IMG/VR virus record: IMGVR_UViG_3300028275_000006
Location: 1-64,000 of that record
Strand: one strand, 5' to 3'
DNA length: 64,000 nucleotides
Shown in pieces: positions 46,505 through 55,365 of this stretch (within the stretch, counting starts at the first letter, position 1; each line of letters opens with the position of its first letter). The notes beneath the pieces are model-generated. The model was not told the DNA's origin and did not search any database. It saw only the letters and a list, made by a program, of their open reading frames with translations. The position numbers and the translations under genes are program-made.

Positions 46505-47040
46505 GTTGGTGTATCTTGAGTGTACAAATCCCAATGAGTATACTTGTCTTTAGTCATTAGGCTTTGTAAATGATGTGTCCACACACCTGGATTTGTAGCA
46601 CCCCAAGTTCGGTCATCCAGTTTGAGTGTGGCATTGTAGTTGAGTTGATTAATGTAGGGTAACTTGACACTAATCATAGGTACAAACTTGGGATATTCGT
46701 TATAAGCAGACTCTAGTACGCCTTCGATGTGTTCAACACCAAAGTCTAGAGCTACCCAATAGCCTGCTTTTAGACAGCCTATAATAACTTCGTCCCATGC
46801 TTTGTATTCTTCGTGTGAAATACTTTTAGGATTAAAACTTTGACTAGTGCCAAAGTAAATTTGTTTAATGCGTTTGTTTTCGTCTAAGTATGCTTGTGTG
46901 TCACCAGCAATACGTAGTATTTCTTCTAGCGGAGGAGTGCCTACTACAAATAGTGTATACATACCATAGCAAATAGTATGTTCGACTTCGTAGCCTGTAA
47001 AGTAGACAATGTCTTGTCTTTCTTCAGTGTTTAATCCCAT
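46501..47040 (-). CDS. uncharacterised alpha/beta protein inside the deazaguanine cluster
   Basis: 179 aa; TLFVVG, IYFG, LKLDD...ATNPGVW; no family recognised. Confidence 0.7.
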   Translation of the reverse strand: MGLNTEERQDIVYFTGYEVEHTICYGMYTLFVVGTPPLEEILRIAGDTQAYLDENKRIKQIYFGTSQSFNPKSISHEEYKAWDEVIIGCLKAGYWVALDFGVEHIEGVLESAYNEYPKFVPMISVKLPYINQLNYNATLKLDDRTWGATNPGVWTHHLQSLMTKDKYTHWDLYTQDTPT

Positions 47041-47921
47041 TTAATATAACCTCTGCTATAACCATTTGGACGATCCACACCATCCGCAAATGCTTGTTGC
47101 CATTCTGTGTTACGATTATAACCTTTTGTCCAGAAAGAATCAACCTCTAGTTTACCGTTTTCAATCATCCAACGTGCTTCAAACATAGCACCAATAAATT
47201 CTTCTGTTCTTGGACTTGGTTTAACTGTAGTAACAGCCTTCCAAAGTTGTTGTTGTGCTTCTTCTTTACTTACTGCTTTACCAACAGCATCAATGATTAC
47301 TGCATTGTTATTTAGATTAATGTCGGTACCTAGTTGATATTTTCCAGATAAATCTACTATCAAATCGTAACTGTCGGTAGTACCTAACAGTAACGCATCT
47401 CCCCAAAGTTCCTGATTACTAGAACCTAGTACATCTACTTCAAGTTCTGGAAAATGATGTGCCAGGTTATTAAAAACTACCCATGCAAGGAAACCACTAC
47501 CTAGGATTAAGCATTTACCATTTTGTCTACGTTCAAAAAGAGTATACGCTTGTCTAATACAGTTAACACCACAGGCCACTGGTTCTAAAATGTAACGTGG
47601 ATGTAGTTCTAAAACTGTTACAAACTCACCGTCACGACAGTTGTAATAATCTGCGTATGCTGGTTCGCCGCGGGTAGCAACATAATCGCCTACTTTAACA
47701 CCTAATACACTGGCACCGACTTTAGTTACGATTCCTAGACCTTCGTGACCTTGCATGTGTAGTGGTAAAGGTCCAAAGTTGCCCTGCATCATATCTATGT
47801 CACTGCGACATACACCAGTCATAACTGCTTTAACTTCAATTTCAGTTGACGTAGGTTCTGGCTTTGCATATTCTACTTCTTCAAAGTAACCTTGTCCAGT
47901 TGTTTGTAGACAGCGTGTCAT
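47031..47921 (-). CDS. zinc-dependent medium-chain dehydrogenase (MDR)
   Basis: GVCRSD, GHEGLG, EPVACG, LILGSG; structural-zinc Cys lobe absent. Confidence 0.88.
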   Translation of the reverse strand: MTRCLQTTGQGYFEEVEYAKPEPTSTEIEVKAVMTGVCRSDIDMMQGNFGPLPLHMQGHEGLGIVTKVGASVLGVKVGDYVATRGEPAYADYYNCRDGEFVTVLELHPRYILEPVACGVNCIRQAYTLFERRQNGKCLILGSGFLAWVVFNNLAHHFPELEVDVLGSSNQELWGDALLLGTTDSYDLIVDLSGKYQLGTDINLNNNAVIIDAVGKAVSKEEAQQQLWKAVTTVKPSPRTEEFIGAMFEARWMIENGKLEVDSFWTKGYNRNTEWQQAFADGVDRPNGYSRGYIKWD

Positions 47922-48796
47922 AGTTTTTCTATTCTTTCGTGTATCCAAAGGTCAATTTCTAACTGTACTTTCCAGTACTCGTCATTATTTAGGTTTTCTA
48001 CAGCATCTTTAATCATATTTAGGTACGCTTCTTCTGGACACCAGCCTAACTCAAATACATCTTTGGTATTATCTTGATTAATAAATGTAATAGCACTACG
48101 TTCAACAGTCATACTGCGCCAGTTAGCACGGCAGTTCCATTTAGAACCAAATCCAATGTGACACTGGTCGTCTACATCATAAGTTCCATTTGGGTTTACA
48201 GTACCATACTCTGTGCTTTCGATATCTTTTAACAGCCATGATTGTATAGATGATTCGCCGTTAACTTTTTCTATGCGCCAGTCTGGATGTAGTGCAATAT
48301 ACAAACTTAATAAGTGTGGCATTAAGTCCCTACTAACTCCGCCAAATGCTAGTTTGCGTGTAGTAAACCAACTACCTGGGCTAGGAATACAGTTCTTTCT
48401 AATCCATTCGATGTCTACATTCTTTGCTACTTTAGCCTTTTCCTGTAATTCTGCAATATTGTCACGCCACATATTATTTTTAACCATCATAAATCGTGTG
48501 CGTGGAAATCTTTTACATAATTTAGCCCATTCGTTTCTATTAATCAGTCCAGGCTTTTCAATAAAGACAATTTTACTGATAGGAGCCAGTTTAACGGCTA
48601 ATTCTAAATGCGTAAAATTTGGTGTGCAAATATGTACGGTGTCAAAAGACCCGTGAAGTAATATGGCTGGTTCTATACTAGGGAAGTCGGCATTTTTATT
48701 AATGTCTGTATCGACAGTACAAACTTCATAACCTAATTGAGTTAGGACAGATTTATATAACTGTCCTATTCCCATTCCTACAACTAAACTTTTCAT
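47918..48796 (-). CDS. Gfo/Idh/MocA-family oxidoreductase
   Basis: VVGMGIG, ICTPNFTH, FIEKPG, GGVSRDLMPH. Confidence 0.85.
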   Translation of the reverse strand: MKSLVVGMGIGQLYKSVLTQLGYEVCTVDTDINKNADFPSIEPAILLHGSFDTVHICTPNFTHLELAVKLAPISKIVFIEKPGLINRNEWAKLCKRFPRTRFMMVKNNMWRDNIAELQEKAKVAKNVDIEWIRKNCIPSPGSWFTTRKLAFGGVSRDLMPHLLSLYIALHPDWRIEKVNGESSIQSWLLKDIESTEYGTVNPNGTYDVDDQCHIGFGSKWNCRANWRSMTVERSAITFINQDNTKDVFELGWCPEEAYLNMIKDAVENLNNDEYWKVQLEIDLWIHERIEKL

Positions 48797-49050
48797 CTAT
48801 ATGTTGGTAGTTCGTTAACACATTTAATAAGAGATCCGGATTGTTTGCCCGCTAATTGATGTAGCGCATAATCCGGAGAGGATACACAGGCTTCGTGCCC
48901 ATTGAATTTATCTGCTAGGGCAATGGTGTTGCCAGTTTCTGCAAATTTAATTACAAGATAGTAGTCGTTTGGACCCACGGCATCTGCCGTTTTATAAAAC
49001 AAACCAAAACTTAATACTGCTAAAACACCAATGCCTAGTAGTTTTTTCAT
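48793..49050 (-). CDS. small exported protein
   Basis: Signal peptide MKKLLGIGVLAVLSFG..ADA; two Cys. Confidence 0.6.
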   Translation of the reverse strand: MKKLLGIGVLAVLSFGLFYKTADAVGPNDYYLVIKFAETGNTIALADKFNGHEACVSSPDYALHQLAGKQSGSLIKCVNELPTYR

Positions 49051-50594
49051 TTTACGCCTTCTTCGAGTTCGTCAAGTTTAGCAATTTCATCATCGGTAAA
49101 TTCTTCACCGTGCTCTAATTGTACACTCTCTTCCTCTACTTCGTCAAACAGTTTGGCAAATTGTGTACTTGCGTTTACAGTCTTCTTACCTACTGCTCCG
49201 CGAGTTCCAATAATACTTTGCCAAAATTTATTATACTCTTCAACGACTTTGTCTGCTTCTGCACGACTACTAGTAGCAAAAATGGCTTCTACTACATCTT
49301 TAAAGAATAGTCTATCAAACCGTTCTTCTACTAACATAGCAGGAACAATGCCCAAATCGTATTGACGATTGGCTTCTTGTACAGCATTAATGTGCATCCA
49401 AACATTATGGCCCATTAAGATAGCGTAACTAAAACTATCCCACGAAGTTTTACCTTCCTTGCCAATCTTGTTTAGATCCCCGGGCCCGTAAATACAAACA
49501 TCTTTAATTTGAACCCCGTCAATAATTGGACTATTGTCAAAGTTTTTAAAATGTCCGTCCTGTACTACTGCATCGCGGAATAGTCTAGTATCTTTACTAT
49601 ATTTTTTATTATCGATACTAGGTAACATTCTATATACCCACTTAGTTCTGTCTTGTGTTTCTGTTTGAACGTATACTTGTCCGTTTGCAGTTGCTAAGAA
49701 TGGACTAGCACAGTCGAAACTAATTGTAAAGTTAGGATTGTGATACTTGCGTACAGCACGTTGAATGTCTGTTAATAAACAAGCCCACTCTAATTTACTA
49801 GTACCTAAGAAGTGCATCCAGTCTTGTTTGCCCTGTTCAAGTAATCCGTCAAATCGTAATGCTACTAGGCGTTTTAATACCAAGTGTACATCACACATAT
49901 TCTGACCACCCATGGCCCAACCGTTAAATGCACGGTCACCGTAGACAGTAGGATCGCAGTACTTCTTCATTCGGTCATACCAATCGTCTGCATCGGTATG
50001 ATTTTCACCTTGGAGAACGTTTAAGAATTTACAATTACCATTGCGATTGTTTACAAACCAATCGTTGTTAATGTAAGTACCTTGAACTGCTTCTGCGTAT
50101 GTAGTAATGCCTGTGGCTTTTTGTCCAGCAGGGCTACGAGCTACCCAAGCAGGGATATCAAGACACATACCATAGTCCATTAGACTATCCATCCACTTAA
50201 GAACCTGTTCACGTTTCTTTTGTGCTTTAGGACAGTTGGGATTCTTCCAATCGCCTTCCCATACACCTTTACCAATTTGGAAACCACCGGAGTCGCCTAG
50301 TACCCAACTAGTACTGCGATCTCTATTACGAAACATATCTTCGCTGTGATCAACTTTGTTAAGGTCTAGATTAGCATGACCTGCACTATACAAGCAGTGG
50401 TCATAGTAGAACGCACCTTTTTCCGGTTCTAAGTAGTTTAGACTTTCTACTCCGTTTTTAAAACTAGCAGGAACTCTTGCCGGATCAACATAGTTTCCAT
50501 ATCTTTGTTTACCTATAAAGGTACTATAGAAACCGCTAGTTGCCGGCAAAAAGTATGCGTAGTCGTTTTGTGTTGCGGTTAAATTTTTATTCAT
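49047..50594 (-). CDS. dpdA: TGT-fold guanine transglycosylase, DpdA-like (7-deazaguanine insertion)
   Basis: TGT barrel motifs in order: LGDSGGFQ, CLDIP, NVLQG, WAMGG, MHFLG, SFDCASP; no CxCxxC zinc site of tRNA TGTs. Confidence 0.82.
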   Translation of the reverse strand: MNKNLTATQNDYAYFLPATSGFYSTFIGKQRYGNYVDPARVPASFKNGVESLNYLEPEKGAFYYDHCLYSAGHANLDLNKVDHSEDMFRNRDRSTSWVLGDSGGFQIGKGVWEGDWKNPNCPKAQKKREQVLKWMDSLMDYGMCLDIPAWVARSPAGQKATGITTYAEAVQGTYINNDWFVNNRNGNCKFLNVLQGENHTDADDWYDRMKKYCDPTVYGDRAFNGWAMGGQNMCDVHLVLKRLVALRFDGLLEQGKQDWMHFLGTSKLEWACLLTDIQRAVRKYHNPNFTISFDCASPFLATANGQVYVQTETQDRTKWVYRMLPSIDNKKYSKDTRLFRDAVVQDGHFKNFDNSPIIDGVQIKDVCIYGPGDLNKIGKEGKTSWDSFSYAILMGHNVWMHINAVQEANRQYDLGIVPAMLVEERFDRLFFKDVVEAIFATSSRAEADKVVEEYNKFWQSIIGTRGAVGKKTVNASTQFAKLFDEVEEESVQLEHGEEFTDDEIAKLDELEEGVK

Positions 50595-50811
50595 TAAGTT
50601 GTATCCAAATTTCGTAGTAAGGGTCGTAAGCCCAGCCTAACGGAGGATCCAACGGATCATAATGCTCTGGATGCGTCAGGGGAGTTACTGAAATTTTATA
50701 ACGCTTATTATAAGCCTCGTATATTTCTTTTCTAACAGACGCATTAGTATAATCGTGAGCCATTGGACCTTCAGTTATTGTTTCGTAACGATTCCAATTA
50801 AATAGTTTCAT
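50587..50811 (-). CDS. hypothetical protein
   Basis: Start MKLFNW by ATGA overlap. Confidence 0.55.
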   Translation of the reverse strand: MKLFNWNRYETITEGPMAHDYTNASVRKEIYEAYNKRYKISVTPLTHPEHYDPLDPPLGWAYDPYYEIWIQLNE

Positions 50812-51161
50812 TTTATTAAATGCTGTGCCAATACCATACAACTAATCCAAGTCCATACAGTATTAAACCCTACTAAAGTTGGCAAAAACTTTTTATTACT
50901 GGCCCAAATTAATGCTAGACTAGTAGCCAAAGTCAAAAAGTACAACCACCAAAGGCTAATGCCAAAGATTAATCCTGGCACAATAATCAATGCCTTAGCA
51001 AACCAACTTACAAATTCTACAGTATTATAATTAGTCCAATACTCTTTTGTAAACCACATGCCGTAGCATTCTTTAACTTTTTGCCAACCTGTTCTATGAT
51101 AAACGATAACCAATAAAACTACGGCGGCAATGTTAGCGTATAGTAATTGTTCAATAGTCAT
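50808..51161 (-). CDS. small polytopic membrane protein
   Basis: About four hydrophobic segments in 117 aa. Confidence 0.7.
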   Translation of the reverse strand: MTIEQLLYANIAAVVLLVIVYHRTGWQKVKECYGMWFTKEYWTNYNTVEFVSWFAKALIIVPGLIFGISLWWLYFLTLATSLALIWASNKKFLPTLVGFNTVWTWISCMVLAQHLIK

Positions 51162-51163
51162 GA

Positions 51164-51898
51164 TTATTTGCTCTGTGCTGGCAAGATGTAATCATATACA
51201 GCAACACCGCTGTCAACAGTAATCTGCATAGCACCTGCATCTGCAATCTTCATAGTAATATTACCATCGAGATTTAAAATGCTTTGTACTTGTGCAACAG
51301 GCCATGACCATGTGTGCTTTAACTTGCCGCCAACATCGTGTTGGAATACAAAAGAACCTGCGTGTGTACTTGCATCACCGAAGAAGAATACAAGATTGTT
51401 ATCTTCTGTACGAACTTGGAAAACAGTTTCTTCACTGTGTGCCGCACTTTGTAACTTCAAACGACCAATTGCCGCCATGCTTGGTTCAAACTCAACTTCC
51501 CATGTTGCACCTTTGAACTTAACAGATTTTAGTTTTTCGTTAATAAGTTCTGATGCCATGAAACGATAATCGTTTTGGAAGTCACCTGCTTGGTTTTCAA
51601 AGTGCAAACCTACTGGAACTGTGTTGCCGTTACGTTCCGCAGTAACTACATCGATCTTTGCGTTTTCTTTATACTCTGGATTCTTCAAGTGAAGATTTAA
51701 CTTGTCCAAGTTTGGCATACCAAATGTGCCATCAAACTCTGATACTGGCTTGTGTGCAGTAGCAGTAACAATAACGCTACGATCCTCTGCCATTGATTCG
51801 ATAGTTGTGCTATCTTTAGCACCTGTAATTTTTACCAAAGGCAAAAAGCCTAGGCTATGTGTATGTGCTACGATGTCGGTTAGAATATCTTTAATCAT
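51164..51898 (-). CDS. DNA polymerase sliding clamp (gp45-like)
   Basis: 244 aa with a two-domain beta pattern; FGMPNLDKL resembles gp45 FAIYDL; lies just downstream of the polymerase. Confidence 0.6.
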   Translation of the reverse strand: MIKDILTDIVAHTHSLGFLPLVKITGAKDSTTIESMAEDRSVIVTATAHKPVSEFDGTFGMPNLDKLNLHLKNPEYKENAKIDVVTAERNGNTVPVGLHFENQAGDFQNDYRFMASELINEKLKSVKFKGATWEVEFEPSMAAIGRLKLQSAAHSEETVFQVRTEDNNLVFFFGDASTHAGSFVFQHDVGGKLKHTWSWPVAQVQSILNLDGNITMKIADAGAMQITVDSGVAVYDYILPAQSK

Positions 51899-51919
51899 TT
51901 ATAGTTCTCCTTAATGTTG

Positions 51920-51948
51920 ATTATATTTAGGTTTTTGGTCAAAGTCAA
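51920..51948 (-). promoter_or_regulatory. sigma70-type promoter heading the clamp-dpdA-GT operon
   Basis: TTGACT-N17-TATAAT followed by an AAGGAG SD. Confidence 0.85.
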
Positions 51949-51952
51949 GTCT

Positions 51953-54622
51953 TTAAAACTCAAACAGTTGATTAAATGTGTTCTTTTCTTCTGTGGATTT
52001 AATATCCCAGTTAAGAACTCCAATTAAGTTTTCTAGTTTGTTATCTATAATAGTTTGTTCCATTTCTGCATCGTCGAATGGAAGTTCCATAAACCATTTA
52101 GGCAAACGTAGTTCGTCTACAGGATATGCTACCGATGTGTACCCTAGCGGATTTGCTTTGAGTTTACATACAATAACTTTTTGGCCGTCTGTGACCTGCA
52201 TACTATACTTGTCCGAATTCATTCGACGCAGAGTATTCCAATTAATACTTGCACGAACGTGTCCAGGCATATTAGCCTTGCCCTGTTTCTTTTCTTTGGC
52301 TTCGTACTCAGTAATGTTGTTGGCTCGCTTAGGAGAACCTTTCTCCCAACCAGGACGGGCCTTAAACTCTGTACGGAATTGAGTAATGTGATCTAATACT
52401 TGTTCTTCTGTAGCACCAGTTAGAACTTTCTCAAGTACATCACTTAAAAAGTCTTGAATAAATGCAGGAGTATCACTGCGCTTCAAGTCTAAGCCCATGG
52501 CCTTGATCTTGCCTGGTTTACCATCTACGTCTGCACGTTTGCCTTCTTTATCATAGTAAAGTACAGCATAACGTTTCTTAGTAATAAACAATCCTTTACT
52601 AGCAACAATTTCTCGACCTGCTCGAATAACATCACCACGACTTGGCGGGCAATGAAATGCCTGCTCCATAAACTTAACGAATGTACTGTTTACTTCCTCG
52701 CCAATTTGGTCATAGAGTGCAGTAACGTTTTCCTTAGTCCAAGGAATAACTCCAGATTCGATGTCTTTCTTTAATGTAGTATATGCACTGAAATAACAAG
52801 AGTCTGTATCACCATAGATAACTGCCTTACCTACGTGATTGTATTCACCTGTGATAATTTCATTTACTTTACTAGCCATGTGTTTGGCAATTTGTCTACC
52901 GACTAGAGTAGTTGACTGTCCAATACGTTTATCGAAGAATCTACAACCTGGGTTAAGAATAGCACCATACAAACTGTTCAAGTTAATCTTTTTAACTAAC
53001 TGACGTTTATCCCAATACTCTTCTTCGACCTTGTTACCTGCCTGAATACATTCTTTTAATTTGGCCTGCATTTCTTTACGTTCAGCATACCAACGCTTTA
53101 ACAGTCCAGGAATAATACCTTCCTTTTCGTAGGTAAAGATTGTACCATTTGCCGAAAGCATCCAAGGCTGATGACTATCAAAAATAACTTTATATACTTC
53201 TGCACCACTGTGTACAGTACTGTTGCCATCTTCCCAGTCTATGGTAATTTCCACATCTTTACGTTGTGCCATAACTGCTTCGTATTCGTCAGTTCCAAAC
53301 TTGCCTTCCCAACTGCCTGCAAACGATTTCTTTTTAAGAGTCATTTGTTCATGGATAAATGCTTCTGTCATTGTAGGACGTAATTGACCTACAATAGTTT
53401 CCGGACCCATGTTAAGCGCACGAATGGCGCTTGGATAAAGACTGTTAATATCCAGCGATCCAATCCAATCTTGCAGACCTTCTTTCGGATGTGCTACATA
53501 AGCACCAGCAGCCGCAGTATTTTCATCGTCATCTCGTTTAGGACGATTAGGAACTTGGAAACCTCTACGATGCGCTTCGTTAATAATAGCCTGTTCGGTA
53601 ACAGCCACAGCACCCATTGTAGTCTGTAATAATACAGTATTTTCATGTGCAATTTTATTAGCAAGGTCAATGAATTTAAGTTTTTCATCTAGTTTGTTTA
53701 ATAGTGCAACGTCTTGTCTGTTATACACAATAAATCTTTTAAAGTCATTGTTGTATAGTTGATCAAGTGTGCCTTCGTAAACAGTTTTGTTCTCGCCAAT
53801 TTCCATTTCACCGATGGCATCTAATCGATAGGTGTGTCGTTCTTCGTAGGTAAACTTGCGATAAAGTTCTAGACTGTCTAAGTGTACACGACCAATTAAG
53901 TCATATGTTTGTGCAGTCTTGCCATACTTTTCATATTCTCTACGTTTAGGAAATTGATTCCATAGACAGAAACGTCTTGTATCTTCTTTACTTAACACCT
54001 GTGTCACACGGTTAACAGTATAAGGAATATCATAGCCTTCGCTGTTCCAACCTGTGATAATGTCTGCATCTTGAATTAAATCTAAGAATGTTTCCAACAT
54101 ATCTGCTTCATTAGTAAACAGATGTGTATCTGGAATATCGGCTACTAACGCTTCGGCTTCAGCAAAGGTTAATGTCTTTGGAGGAAGAGCCAGTGTAATT
54201 AATTTGTCTAACCATTTTAGGTGAACTGTGATAGCAGTAATTGGCATAAACGCATCTTCAGGAGTGCTATAGCCGCGTTCTGGATCGAAGTCCACCTCAA
54301 TGTCGAAGAAGCAAATATTTAGATTAGGTGCATCTTGATTTAGATAGTTTTCGCTTAGATGTACAAAAATTGGATTGATGTCGCTTTCGTATAAGTCCTT
54401 ACCACTGTTAATGGCTAATTCTTTTCGAAAGTCTTTGGTGTTTTTACAAACTACCCTAGTCAGCGGATCGCCGTAAATGCTAGTAAACTTGCCTTTTTGA
54501 TCCGGATAGTAAAACGTGTAGCGTACAGGATGTTCTTTGAAAACCCGTTCGCCTTGGTCGTTTCGCTCTACGACCTTAATAATATCATTCTCTCTGTCAA
54601 AGAGAGCGTCAACGTAACTCAT
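51953..54622 (-). CDS. gp43: family B DNA polymerase (gp43-like)
   Basis: ExoI FFDIE, ExoII WNSEGYD, ExoIII YNRQD; DINSLYPS, KINLNSLYG, YGDTDS. Confidence 0.97.
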   Translation of the reverse strand: MSYVDALFDRENDIIKVVERNDQGERVFKEHPVRYTFYYPDQKGKFTSIYGDPLTRVVCKNTKDFRKELAINSGKDLYESDINPIFVHLSENYLNQDAPNLNICFFDIEVDFDPERGYSTPEDAFMPITAITVHLKWLDKLITLALPPKTLTFAEAEALVADIPDTHLFTNEADMLETFLDLIQDADIITGWNSEGYDIPYTVNRVTQVLSKEDTRRFCLWNQFPKRREYEKYGKTAQTYDLIGRVHLDSLELYRKFTYEERHTYRLDAIGEMEIGENKTVYEGTLDQLYNNDFKRFIVYNRQDVALLNKLDEKLKFIDLANKIAHENTVLLQTTMGAVAVTEQAIINEAHRRGFQVPNRPKRDDDENTAAAGAYVAHPKEGLQDWIGSLDINSLYPSAIRALNMGPETIVGQLRPTMTEAFIHEQMTLKKKSFAGSWEGKFGTDEYEAVMAQRKDVEITIDWEDGNSTVHSGAEVYKVIFDSHQPWMLSANGTIFTYEKEGIIPGLLKRWYAERKEMQAKLKECIQAGNKVEEEYWDKRQLVKKINLNSLYGAILNPGCRFFDKRIGQSTTLVGRQIAKHMASKVNEIITGEYNHVGKAVIYGDTDSCYFSAYTTLKKDIESGVIPWTKENVTALYDQIGEEVNSTFVKFMEQAFHCPPSRGDVIRAGREIVASKGLFITKKRYAVLYYDKEGKRADVDGKPGKIKAMGLDLKRSDTPAFIQDFLSDVLEKVLTGATEEQVLDHITQFRTEFKARPGWEKGSPKRANNITEYEAKEKKQGKANMPGHVRASINWNTLRRMNSDKYSMQVTDGQKVIVCKLKANPLGYTSVAYPVDELRLPKWFMELPFDDAEMEQTIIDNKLENLIGVLNWDIKSTEEKNTFNQLFEF

Positions 54623-54634
54623 ATTTTAATTTTT

Positions 54635-54687
54635 CTCCTATGCCATTTAGGGCTGGCAAATACCAAACAAGTCATTTGTGGCTGACT
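54635..54687 (-). promoter_or_regulatory. tandem hairpins before the polymerase SD, putative translational operator
   Basis: AGTCA-GCCACAAA-TGACT and TGCCA-GCCCTAAA-TGGCA, followed one base later by AGGAG. Confidence 0.6.
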
Positions 54688-54702
54688 AAACCTTTCTTTA
54701 TA

Positions 54703-54996
54703 TTAGTTAATTAGCATTCTGATCAAGCCAACTGTGTCGATAGTGGTTAGCAAGATATAGTTGGCTAGCATACCAAATGATTTTCTAGTATAAGCGGCCC
54801 ACGCATACATCGCACAGCCGCTAATCCATACAGGATACAGAGCAAGCAATGGCGGATTAGGTACAGTAACGGCCATAGTAATACTACAGCCAATACTAAC
54901 AGCCCAGGCAAGTAACTCAACAATAAATCGAAATGGATGACTATTCCAGTCATCCTTGATCCATTGTATAGTTGGCCCAAAAATAGCGTCTATCAT
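54703..54996 (-). CDS. small membrane protein
   Basis: About three hydrophobic helices. Confidence 0.65.
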   Translation of the reverse strand: MIDAIFGPTIQWIKDDWNSHPFRFIVELLAWAVSIGCSITMAVTVPNPPLLALYPVWISGCAMYAWAAYTRKSFGMLANYILLTTIDTVGLIRMLIN

Positions 54997-55253
54997 TTGT
55001 CTTTGCCAACAGTAACGATAATTGTTTCTAAATCATCGAAATCACTGAATACATCGTTCCAGTTGCCTTTGTGTGCAATACTGATTGCTTTGTTAATTAG
55101 TGCAGGTTTGATTTCTAATTCTTCTGCTACTGCCTTAACTGTTTCTTTTAAGCCTTCTGTCAGACTTTCAATTTCATATTTGACTTGAACGCCTTCGTTA
55201 ATTAGTCGCTCTAGTTTGGCCTTTTCTTCTGGTCCATAGGTTCTATTGCCCAT
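54993..55253 (-). CDS. T4 DsbA-like dsDNA-binding protein
   Basis: 86 aa; helical pattern LINEG...LKETVKAVAEELEIKPALINKAISIAHK like T4 DsbA. Confidence 0.6.
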   Translation of the reverse strand: MGNRTYGPEEKAKLERLINEGVQVKYEIESLTEGLKETVKAVAEELEIKPALINKAISIAHKGNWNDVFSDFDDLETIIVTVGKDK

Positions 55254-55277
55254 GATATCTCCTTAGTAATAAGTTTA

Positions 55278-55306
55278 ATTATATATGTTTATTTGATCAG
55301 AGTCAA
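55278..55306 (-). promoter_or_regulatory. sigma70-type promoter for the dsbA-polymerase operon
   Basis: TTGACT-N17-TATAAT. Confidence 0.85.
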
Positions 55307-55326
55307 CGAATATTTTGTCAAAAGAC

Positions 55327-55352
55327 AAAAAAAGCGGCCGAAGCCGCTTTTT
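55327..55352 (-). terminator. rho-independent terminator, probably bidirectional
   Basis: GCGGC-TTCG-GCCGC followed by T7 on minus and T5 on plus. Confidence 0.9.
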
Positions 55353-55365
55353 AAGTGTTAGTATT

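Noticed and set aside
49047-50594. Ordinary tRNA-guanine transglycosylase for host queuosine synthesis
   Set aside because: Lacks the CxCxxC..H zinc site, and no queA, queF or queC is in the window; context fits DNA modification better, though tRNA activity is not formally excluded
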